Source: an uncultured Gammaproteobacteria bacterium
Lineage (GTDB): Bacteria > Pseudomonadota > Gammaproteobacteria > Steroidobacterales > Rariloculaceae
Assembly: GCA_963702105.1 (NCBI GenBank)
Contig: OY969712.1
Coordinates: forward strand, 5,309,378-5,373,377
Direction: 5' to 3'
DNA: 64,000 nt
A program made the position numbers and the translations under genes. Of the stretch, positions 44,355-52,010 are shown piece by piece. How positions within the stretch are numbered: the first letter of the stretch is position 1; every line of letters starts with the position of its first letter. The notes under the pieces were generated by a model, which worked only from the letters and a program-made list of their open reading frames with translations, had not been told where the DNA came from and did not search any database.

Positions 44355-46466
44355 ATGTCGCTTCGAGTGCCGCGACTTACGTCGGCGCGCTTCCGCGCGG
44401 CTGGGCGGCTGGCCTGTTCCTTGCTGGCCACCGCGGCGGTCCTGTTTGCATCCGGAGGCCGAGCCGTGACCCGGGACGATGCCTATGCGTGGCTCGAGGA
44501 CGTGCACGGAGCGAAGCCGCTCGCGTGGGTGGCCGCTCAGAACGAAAGGTCCGCGGCCGAGCTCAAGAGCGATCGGCGCTACGAGCCGGACTACGCAAGC
44601 GTCCTCCAGACGCTCGATGCTCCCGACCGCATTCCGCTCGGGCGCCTCCACAATGGTTGGGTCTACAACTTTTGGCAGGATGCCGAGCACCCCAAAGGAC
44701 TCTGGCGCCGCACTCGGGCGGCGGACTATGAGAACCGGGAGCCGCATTGGCAGGTGCTGCTCGACGTCGACGCGCTGGCTGCGGACGAGAAGGAAAACTG
44801 GGTCTTCGCGGGCGCCGAGTGTTCGCCACACGAAACCCGCTGCCTCATCGGCCTCTCGCGCGGCGGCGGAGACGCCGTCGTGATGCGCGAGTACGACCTC
44901 GCGGCGAAGAAGCTCGTGACGGACGGCTTCCATCTCGGCGAGGCCAAATCGGACGCCGCTTACCTCGACGACGACACCGTGCTGTTTTCGACCGATTTCG
45001 GCCCGGGGACGCTGACCGAGTCGGGCTACCCGCGCATCGTGAAGGAGTGGAAGCGGGGAACGCCGCTCGCGGCGGCCAAGACGCTTTACGAAGGCGAAGC
45101 GCAGGACGTCGGTGCCTCGGCCCTCGCGCTGCACACGCGCACGGGCGCCTACGGAATCGTCGAGCGGGCCCTGAGCTTCTTCGAGACCGACTATTTCGCC
45201 ATTGACGACCAAGGCGTGCACCTCCTCGCGCTGCCGCGCTCGGCCGCGCTCGAGGGCATGCTCGACGGCGCGCTCATCGTGAGGCTTCGCGAGGACTACG
45301 ATGCGCAGGGCGCGGAGCTGCGGAAAGGTTCGCTCGTCGCGTTCCGGAAAGACGCTGCGCCGCAGGCCATATACGTGCCGGACGCGCGGAGCACGATCGC
45401 TGCCGTCGCCGTCGGCCGCGACAAGATCTATGCGGCCGTCTATTCGAACGTCACGGGTTCCGTCCACGTTTTCGCCCCGATGGACGCGAAGGGCGGCGGC
45501 TGGACGGACGAGACCTTGAGCTTGCCCGGCGGGGGCTCGACCGACATCGTCTCCGTGGACGAGTTCGGGCCCGAGGCCCTGTTTCGTTACGAGAGCTACC
45601 TTACGCCGCCGACGCTCTATTTCGACGCCGGTGACGGCAAGCCGAGCGCCGTCAAGGCCCTGCCCGCGCGCTTCGACGCTTCGGACCTCGTGACCGAGCA
45701 GTTCGAGGCGGCGTCGAAGGACGGCACGCGCATCCCGTATTTCGTCACGCGTCCCAAGACCCTGCACGGGCCCGCGCCCACCGTGCTCTACGGCTACGGC
45801 GGCTTCGAGATTTCCATGACGCCGTCCTATTCGGCCAGCGTGGGGCGTCTCTGGCTCGAGCGCGGCGGCATTTACGTCGTCGCGAACATCCGCGGCGGCG
45901 GCGAGTTCGGCCCCGCCTGGCACGAGGCGGCGCTCAAGACGCACCGCCAACGCGCCTACGACGACTTCGAAGCCGTGGCCGAAGACCTCGAGCGCCGCGG
46001 CCTGACCACGCCGAAACAGCTCGGCATTATGGGCGGCTCCAACGGCGGCCTGCTCGTCGCCACCGTCATGACGCAGATTCCGGACGAGCTCGGTGCGGTC
46101 GTGTGCCAGGTGCCGCTCATCGACATGATCGCTTACACGCACATCGGCGCAGGCGCGAGCTGGGAGGGCGAGTACGGCGATCCCGCGGACCCGAAGATGC
46201 GGGCCTACATTCTGACCTACTCGCCCTATCAGAACGTGAAGCCGAATATCGACTATCCGCCCGTGTTCTTCGTGACGGCGACGAGCGACGACCGCGTGAC
46301 GCCGGCCCATGCCCGCAAGATGGCGGCCAAGATGGAGGCGCAGGGCCACGACGTGCTCTTTTTCGAGAACACGGACGGCGGCCACGCGGGCGCCGCCGAT
46401 CACAAGCAGGCGGCCGAGATGACCGCCCTGTCGTTCGTCTTTTTGGCCCGCAAGCTCGGGCTTTGA
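44355..46466 (+). CDS. Prolyl oligopeptidase (S9A) family serine peptidase, secreted
   Basis: ATG 44355 with SD gagaggag. Signal-like LACSLLATAAVLFA. N-terminal propeller region DAYAWLEDVHG, WVAAQN. Catalytic GIMGGSNGGLLV, and later the DDRV and GGH(A)G region. Confidence 0.9.
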   Translation: MSLRVPRLTSARFRAAGRLACSLLATAAVLFASGGRAVTRDDAYAWLEDVHGAKPLAWVAAQNERSAAELKSDRRYEPDYASVLQTLDAPDRIPLGRLHNGWVYNFWQDAEHPKGLWRRTRAADYENREPHWQVLLDVDALAADEKENWVFAGAECSPHETRCLIGLSRGGGDAVVMREYDLAAKKLVTDGFHLGEAKSDAAYLDDDTVLFSTDFGPGTLTESGYPRIVKEWKRGTPLAAAKTLYEGEAQDVGASALALHTRTGAYGIVERALSFFETDYFAIDDQGVHLLALPRSAALEGMLDGALIVRLREDYDAQGAELRKGSLVAFRKDAAPQAIYVPDARSTIAAVAVGRDKIYAAVYSNVTGSVHVFAPMDAKGGGWTDETLSLPGGGSTDIVSVDEFGPEALFRYESYLTPPTLYFDAGDGKPSAVKALPARFDASDLVTEQFEAASKDGTRIPYFVTRPKTLHGPAPTVLYGYGGFEISMTPSYSASVGRLWLERGGIYVVANIRGGGEFGPAWHEAALKTHRQRAYDDFEAVAEDLERRGLTTPKQLGIMGGSNGGLLVATVMTQIPDELGAVVCQVPLIDMIAYTHIGAGASWEGEYGDPADPKMRAYILTYSPYQNVKPNIDYPPVFFVTATSDDRVTPAHARKMAAKMEAQGHDVLFFENTDGGHAGAADHKQAAEMTALSFVFLARKLGL

Positions 46467-46486
46467 GCCGGGGCCGCAGGGGGAGC

Positions 46487-46514
46487 GCCGATGCAAGTCA
46501 GCCGATGCAAGTCA
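46487..46514 (+). repeat. Perfect 14-bp tandem duplication (gccgatgcaagtca x2) spanning the start codon of the DUF2007 gene
   Basis: Units at 46487..46500 and 46501..46514. This creates two ATGCAAGTC starts 14 nt apart. The first is out of frame (MQVSRCKS-stop). Confidence 0.95.
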
Positions 46515-46693
46515 TAAGAACCTACGCGACCCGGCCCGAAGCCGATCTCGACCGAATCGAGCTCGAGGCGGCCGATATCCCGTGTGTGGTCGTCGGCGTG
46601 GACGCGGCCATGGAAGGCGGGATCTCGGGCGTGCGCCTCCTCGTGCCGGAGAACCAGGTCGATCGCGCCCTGGAAATCCTCGACCGGCGCTGA
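46505..46693 (+). CDS. DUF2007-like small protein (putative signal-transducing, GlnB-like fold)
   Basis: 62-aa ORF MQVIRTYATRPEADLDRIELEAADIPCVVVG...VPENQVDRALEIL, matching the DUF2007 pattern. Confidence 0.6.
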   Translation: MQVIRTYATRPEADLDRIELEAADIPCVVVGVDAAMEGGISGVRLLVPENQVDRALEILDRR

Positions 46694-46715
46694 GCGGGCG
46701 AGCCGGCGTCTTTTC

Positions 46716-46794
46716 GGCGCCCGAACGAGCCGCCCGGCCGAGGCGCCCCGGCCGAGCCGCTCCGCCGAGGCGCCCGAACGAGGCGCCCGGCCGA
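46716..46794 (+). repeat. 26-bp direct repeat (ggcgcccgaacgagSCgcccggccga), two copies 53 bp apart, in an intergenic region
   Basis: Copies at 46716..46741 and 46769..46794 differ at one position. Confidence 0.85.
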
Positions 46795-46888
46795 TGGCCC
46801 GGGGCGACGGGCGCCCGGGCAGCGGCGACGTCGACACCGCCGGGGGTCTCGGTTAAATTGCGGGAGGTCCGTCACGAGAGCATCTCGG

Positions 46889-47635
46889 ATGCGAAAACCC
46901 TGCCTGGCCCTGGCCGCCTGCACGCTGCTCGCCGCGTGGGCCGCGAATTTTCCCGCCCCCGCGGGCGCCGCGAGCCCGACGGAAAAATGGGCCGCGCTCG
47001 CGAAATACCCGGACTGGAGCGGAGTCTGGGAAGTGGACTGGCGCAACGAGCGCAAGTCGCCGCCGCGCCCGCCCATGAAGCTCACGCCCAAGTGGCAGGC
47101 GAAGGCCGAGGCCTTCCGTGCCGGTCGAGCCCGAGGCGAGAACCTGCAGAGCGATGCGGCGAACTGCGTTCCCCCGGGGCTGCCGGGCATCATGACCCAG
47201 CCGTATCCGATCCAGTTCCTCTATCAGCCGAACGAGATCGTCATGCTCATCGAGACTTACATGCAGTTTCGGCAGATATGGACGGACGGCCGCGCCCACG
47301 AGGAAGACCCGGACCTCACGTTCTATGGCGATTCGATCGGCCATTGGGAGGGCGATACGCTCGTCGTGGATACCATCGGGCTGAATCCCCAGAACCTCAT
47401 CGCGCCCGGCATCGGGCACAGCGGCAAGCTGCGCGTCGTGGAGAGGATCAAGCGCGTTGACGCCGATTGGCTCGAGATCACGACGACACTGACGGACCCC
47501 AACGTCCTCGCGGAGCCCTACACGAGCACGACTTACTATCGGCACCTGGACGATAAGATCCGCGAATATATCTGCCTGGAGAACAATCACGACAGTGCCG
47601 ACGACAAGGGTCGGCCGGGCATCACCCTGGAGTAA
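46889..47635 (+). CDS. Secreted protein of unknown function, partner A of a duplicated two-gene module (paralog of 60068..60871)
   Basis: 248-aa ORF. Signal peptide LALAACTLLAAWAA. Shares with 60068..60871 the motifs PDxxGVW, C-x-P/D-x-G-x-P, GHWEGDTLVV and T-x-TDP. Confidence 0.7.
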   Translation: MRKPCLALAACTLLAAWAANFPAPAGAASPTEKWAALAKYPDWSGVWEVDWRNERKSPPRPPMKLTPKWQAKAEAFRAGRARGENLQSDAANCVPPGLPGIMTQPYPIQFLYQPNEIVMLIETYMQFRQIWTDGRAHEEDPDLTFYGDSIGHWEGDTLVVDTIGLNPQNLIAPGIGHSGKLRVVERIKRVDADWLEITTTLTDPNVLAEPYTSTTYYRHLDDKIREYICLENNHDSADDKGRPGITLE

Positions 47636-47637
47636 TC

Positions 47638-48027
47638 ATGAGCACACGGCGAATCGGCGGGCTGGCCGCGCTCGCGGTCCTCGCGGCGGCGAGCGCCCCG
47701 CTTTGGGCGCACCATTCCACAGCCGTCTTCGACATGACGAAGACCGTCGAGATCACGGGCACGGTGCAGGAGTTCCAATGGACGAACCCGCACACGTGGA
47801 CGAACGTCGCCGTCGAAGGCGGCGGCGGCGCCGAGATCTACGGGCTCGAAGGCATGAGCCCCAACTATCTCGGCCGCAACGGCTGGACCAAGCACACGCT
47901 GAAACCCGGCGACAAGATCACGTTCCAGGTGCACCCGCTCAAGGACGGCCGCAAGGGCGGCTTCATGGTCAGCGCCAAGTTCCCGGACGGCACCGTCCTC
48001 TACAACCTCCCGCGCCACGACAAATAG
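47638..48027 (+). CDS. Small secreted protein, partner B (DUF6152-like), mature N-terminus His-His
   Basis: 129-aa ORF starting 2 nt after the partner A stop, with SD ctggag. Signal peptide ends LWA, followed by HHSTAVFD. Motifs EFQWTNPHT, GDKITF and KDGRKGGF are shared with 60927..61367. Confidence 0.75.
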   Translation: MSTRRIGGLAALAVLAAASAPLWAHHSTAVFDMTKTVEITGTVQEFQWTNPHTWTNVAVEGGGGAEIYGLEGMSPNYLGRNGWTKHTLKPGDKITFQVHPLKDGRKGGFMVSAKFPDGTVLYNLPRHDK

Positions 48028-48080
48028 CCCGCCGCGGCCTTCGAGGCCGCGGCGATAAGAACGACTTCAGGGGGAACACG

Positions 48081-49160
48081 ATGAAATCGACGCTCGCTCT
48101 CGCCGCCGTGCTCGCAGCGGCGGCAGCCACGGCGGCCGCGCAGCAGCCGTCTTCGGCCTTCGACCGCGGCCATAGCCTGCAGTCCTGGCAAGATCCCGGG
48201 CACGCTGCGCTCGTCGCCAAGTGCAGCAAACCGCCCAAGCCGTTCTCGATCGGCGGCCGGGCGTCGGCCGCCGATGCGGCCCCGCCGCCGCCGCCCGCAC
48301 TGCCGACCTCGACGGCGATCCCCGGAGTCATCGCCGCGGGTCAGACGTGGAAGGTCGTGTGGTCCTGGGAGGGGAACAACGTCGACGGCATCATCGCCGC
48401 GGACGACGGTACGATGCTTTGGGCGAACAACGACGCGAGCAACGTCATGAAGCTCGACCCGGCCACGGGCCTCGCGCAGGTCGTCTACGGCGACGCGAAT
48501 ACGGGCGGCGCGTTGTCGCGCAGCAAGAACGGCGCGCTGTTCCTCGCCACGCGCGGCCTGCATTCCTCCGTCGTTCAACTCGAACCGGAGCGAAAAGTGC
48601 TCGCGGACGCCTACCGCGGCGAGCCGCTCGACTGCGTGGGCGGCGTCGTGAACGACATCGCGGCGGACGCCCAAGGCGGCGTCTACATCACGATTTCGGG
48701 CGCCGGGCTTTACTACGCGAACCCGCAGGGCGTGGTCTCGGAGTACGGCGAAGGGCTCTCGTTCACGAACGGCATCGCATTGAGTCCGGACGAGAACACG
48801 CTCTATGTGACGAACGGCGCCGACGTCGTGGCGTTCGACCGCGCGGCCGACGGCGCGCTGACGCATCAGCGCGAGTTCGGCAAGCTGCGCGGCGGGCGCG
48901 GCGGCGACGGCTCGGCCGTGGACTCCGAGGGCCGGCTCTACGTCGCCACGGGCAGCTCGGCCGACGTCTTCGCGCCGACGGGCGATTTTCTCGGCAGCAT
49001 TCCCGGGCCGCAGGGCATGCACGGCGTCGCCTTCGGCGGCCGCGACAAGAAGACGCTCTACGGCATCGTGTTTTACGGCGGCTGGGGTACGCCGGGCGCG
49101 CGCAACGAGGTCGTGGCCATTCCGACGATCGCGCAGGGGTACCTCGGCCGAGCGAAGTAG
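48081..49160 (+). CDS. SMP-30/gluconolactonase/LRE-like beta-propeller protein, secreted
   Basis: ATG 48081 (MKSTLALAAVLAAAAATAAA) inside ORF 47595..49160. Propeller motifs NDIAADAQGGVYIT, TNGIALSPDENTLYVTN and GDGSAVDSEGRLYVA. Confidence 0.8.
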   Translation: MKSTLALAAVLAAAAATAAAQQPSSAFDRGHSLQSWQDPGHAALVAKCSKPPKPFSIGGRASAADAAPPPPPALPTSTAIPGVIAAGQTWKVVWSWEGNNVDGIIAADDGTMLWANNDASNVMKLDPATGLAQVVYGDANTGGALSRSKNGALFLATRGLHSSVVQLEPERKVLADAYRGEPLDCVGGVVNDIAADAQGGVYITISGAGLYYANPQGVVSEYGEGLSFTNGIALSPDENTLYVTNGADVVAFDRAADGALTHQREFGKLRGGRGGDGSAVDSEGRLYVATGSSADVFAPTGDFLGSIPGPQGMHGVAFGGRDKKTLYGIVFYGGWGTPGARNEVVAIPTIAQGYLGRAK

Positions 49161-49171
49161 GGAGATCGGCC

Positions 49172-50287
49172 ATGACAGCGACGACAACGAGGACCGCAGT
49201 TCGCCCGGCAACGACAACGGCGGCTGTAAGGACGCTGGCGCTGCTCGCGATCGTGCTGAGCGCGGGCGCGGTTCACGCGCAAGGCGCGGACTGCGCGCCG
49301 AGCGGCGGCTTGAGCTTCGTTTGCGGACCGAAGAACGCCGAGGATCTCGTGCACGTGCCGGCCACGAAGTGGATCGTCGCGAGCGGCATGGCCGAGGGCG
49401 CCGGAGGGCTCGCCCTCATCGACTCGAGCGCTCATACCTGGAGCGCGCTGTATCCGGGGCAGAGCCCCCGTGCGGCGCACGATCCTGCCTATCCCGACTG
49501 CACGATGCCGCCCGATCCGGCCAAGCTGCAGACGCACGGTCTGAACCTGCGCCCCGGCGCGCGCGGCCACTCGACGCTGTACGCGGTGGCGCACGGGGCG
49601 CGCGAGTCCATCGAAGTATTCGACGTGGATGCGACCGGCGATCGGCCGACCGTGACGTGGACGGGCTGCGTGCCGATGCCGGACGGGCTCGCCGCCAACA
49701 GCGTCGCCTCGTTTCCGGACGGCTCATTGCTCGCGACCGTGCTGCTCCTGCCCGGCAAATCGTTCGCGGACTCGATCGCCAAGCGCCCGACGGGCGCCGT
49801 CTTCGAGTGGTCGCCCGGCGAGCACGGCTTCACGCGGGTCGAGGGTACCGAGTTGCCGGGCGACAACGGCATCGAAGTCTCGGCCGACGGGCGCGAGTTC
49901 TTCGTCGTCTCCTCGGGGTTCCAGACCATCGTTGCGTTCACGCACACGAACCCCGCGCACCAGGTGGGCACGACTCGGCCGCTGCCGTTCACGCCGGACA
50001 ATGTCCACATGGGGCCCGACGGGCGGCTCCTCACGGCCGGCATGAAGAACGACGAGCCGGCCTGCGGCGGCGCGCCGGGGCCGCAGCATACGCTCGAGAA
50101 GCTCTCGACGTGCCCTCGCGGCACGATCGGCATGGCCATCGATCCTCGGACGATGCATGACACACAAGTGCTCGAGACGCAAGCGAATCCGATATTCAGC
50201 AACGCGACGATGATTCTGCCGATCGGCGGCGAGGTCTTCATCGGCACGTTCTCGAGCGACCGCATCGCATATACCTCGCTGCGCTGA
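49172..50287 (+). CDS. Secreted six-bladed beta-propeller protein (SMP-30/arylesterase/strictosidine-synthase-like)
   Basis: ATG 49172 (MTATTTRTAV) inside ORF 48221..50287. Signal peptide LALLAIVLSAGAVHA. Motifs GDNGIEVSADGREFFVV and PDNVHMGPDGRLL. Confidence 0.6.
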   Translation: MTATTTRTAVRPATTTAAVRTLALLAIVLSAGAVHAQGADCAPSGGLSFVCGPKNAEDLVHVPATKWIVASGMAEGAGGLALIDSSAHTWSALYPGQSPRAAHDPAYPDCTMPPDPAKLQTHGLNLRPGARGHSTLYAVAHGARESIEVFDVDATGDRPTVTWTGCVPMPDGLAANSVASFPDGSLLATVLLLPGKSFADSIAKRPTGAVFEWSPGEHGFTRVEGTELPGDNGIEVSADGREFFVVSSGFQTIVAFTHTNPAHQVGTTRPLPFTPDNVHMGPDGRLLTAGMKNDEPACGGAPGPQHTLEKLSTCPRGTIGMAIDPRTMHDTQVLETQANPIFSNATMILPIGGEVFIGTFSSDRIAYTSLR

Positions 50288-50388
50288 GCGCGCGGCGCGG
50301 CCGGCTGCGCGGGCCGAGCGTATCGTCCCGCGCGGCCGCTTCGCGGAACCGAAGCCGGAGAAAGCACCATGATGAGTTCGAGCATCTC

Positions 50389-51963
50389 ATGCGAGGCGCC
50401 GCGATGAACGTCCGTACCCGCTCGGCGACGCGGGCCGCGCTCGCTGTGCTCGCCGCGCTCGTGCTCGGATGGAGCGCGGCTTCGGCCCAGGACGCCGGGC
50501 GCGCGCAGCGTGCCGGGCAGGGGCAGGGGAGAGCCGCCCGCGCGCTGCTCGAGGCCGCCGCGGCCGCGATGGGCGGCCTCGAGCGGCTCGAAGGGCTCGA
50601 CACCCTCGTCATGACGGGCTTCGGCCAGCGCTACGCCGCCAACGGCAACATCAGCGCCGATCCGAACTCGCCGCCGAAGTGGCAGGCCGTCGCCGAGTCC
50701 GAGCGCTACTTCGATCTGCACGCGGGGCGAGCGCTGAATCGCGAGCGCGCGAGCAACATGTTCCCGTTCGCCGCGCCTTTCGGCATGTCGTGGGACGCGC
50801 GCGAGCGCGTGCAGAGCGGCCTCGCCGTGCTCGATCATCCGCTGCCGGCCCTGCTCGCGACGCTGCGGCCGAGCACCAAGCTCGGGGCGGTGCAGATCGA
50901 GGCCGGCATGGCCGTCGTGCCGGCTACGATCGAGGACGGCACCACGTTTTGGATCGCGATCGATCCGCGAACGCATCTGCCGTACTTTACGCGCTGGATC
51001 ACGGGCAGCTCGACGCTCGGCAACGTCACGAACACGGCCTATTTCACGGGCTACTTGCCGTTCGAAGGCGTCTGGCTGCCCACGGGGCTCATGGACAAGA
51101 TCGATTGGCGCGACCAGGCCACGCTGATGTTCCAGGTGGACTCCTACCGGCTGAACTTGCAAGACATGCCGGCGTTCCCGGCGGCTGCTGCGTCCGCGCG
51201 CGGCCCCGCATCGCGCCCGCTCGACGTGCGTACCACGAAGATCGCCGACGGCGTCTGGGACGTACGCATCGCGGGCGGCAGCGGCGGTGCCGTCGTCGAG
51301 TTCGCCGATCACCTCGTGATGTTCGAACCTTACGGCGACGAGGCCCAGACGCTCGCGCGCATCGACGCGGCCGACGGGCTCGTGCCCGGCAAGCGCGTGA
51401 CGGCCGTCGTCGTCTCGCATCATCACGAGGATCACGCGGGTGGGCTGCGCGCGGCGGTCTCGCGCGGGCTCACGATCATCGCGCAGCGCCGGACGCAGGC
51501 GCTGTTCGCGGACTGGGTCGCGCGGCCGGCCGTGCACTTTCCGGACGCGCTGGCCCGCAATCCGCAGCCGCTGCACTTCGTGCCCGTGGACGAGCATTTG
51601 GTGCTGCAGGATGCCTCGCAGCGCCTCGACCTCTACCACGCCGTCGGCGATTTCCACATGTCCGATGCGCTCATCGCCTATTTGCCGAAGCAGAAGATCC
51701 TCATGGAAGGCGACTTCACGGACGAGGGCTGGACGTGGAACTGGTGGGCCGGCGCGCTGCAGGCCAACATGAAGCTCTACGGCCTGGACCCGACGCTCGA
51801 CATTCCCGTCCACGGCACGCCGGGAACGATCGAGGCGAAGCTCGCGATCACGGCCAAGCAGGTCGAGGCCGCGCAGCGATTCTGCGCCGAGAGCGCCGCG
51901 CGCGGCAGCTATCCCTTCGGCTGCCCCGTCCGCTATTCGACGACGGGGCCGATCGGGGAGTAG
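50389..51963 (+). CDS. Secreted metallo-beta-lactamase-fold hydrolase with N-terminal extra domain
   Basis: 524-aa ORF (alternative ATG 50404). Signal peptide ALAVLAALVLGWSAASA. Zn motif VVVSHHHEDHAGG. Confidence 0.82.
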   Translation: MRGAAMNVRTRSATRAALAVLAALVLGWSAASAQDAGRAQRAGQGQGRAARALLEAAAAAMGGLERLEGLDTLVMTGFGQRYAANGNISADPNSPPKWQAVAESERYFDLHAGRALNRERASNMFPFAAPFGMSWDARERVQSGLAVLDHPLPALLATLRPSTKLGAVQIEAGMAVVPATIEDGTTFWIAIDPRTHLPYFTRWITGSSTLGNVTNTAYFTGYLPFEGVWLPTGLMDKIDWRDQATLMFQVDSYRLNLQDMPAFPAAAASARGPASRPLDVRTTKIADGVWDVRIAGGSGGAVVEFADHLVMFEPYGDEAQTLARIDAADGLVPGKRVTAVVVSHHHEDHAGGLRAAVSRGLTIIAQRRTQALFADWVARPAVHFPDALARNPQPLHFVPVDEHLVLQDASQRLDLYHAVGDFHMSDALIAYLPKQKILMEGDFTDEGWTWNWWAGALQANMKLYGLDPTLDIPVHGTPGTIEAKLAITAKQVEAAQRFCAESAARGSYPFGCPVRYSTTGPIGE

Positions 51964-52010
51964 GCGAAAAGCGAAAAAGGGCTCTGACCCCTTTTTCGCT
52001 CTTTCGCCTA
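51961..52010. terminator. 50-nt near-perfect palindrome (bidirectional intrinsic terminator) whose outermost bases are the two convergent stop codons
   Basis: Sequence taggcgaaaagcgaaaaaggg-ctctgac-ccctttttcgctctttcgccta. There is one bulged C. An A5 tract lies 5' of the inner 11-bp stem and a T5 tract 3' of it. TAG 51961..51963 is the plus-strand stop and cta 52008..52010 is the minus-strand stop. Confidence 0.85.

Noticed and set aside
43947-46496. 849-aa minus-strand ORF
   Set aside because: It is antisense to the S9 prolyl oligopeptidase gene (GGSNGG motif on the plus strand). It has no recognisable domain.
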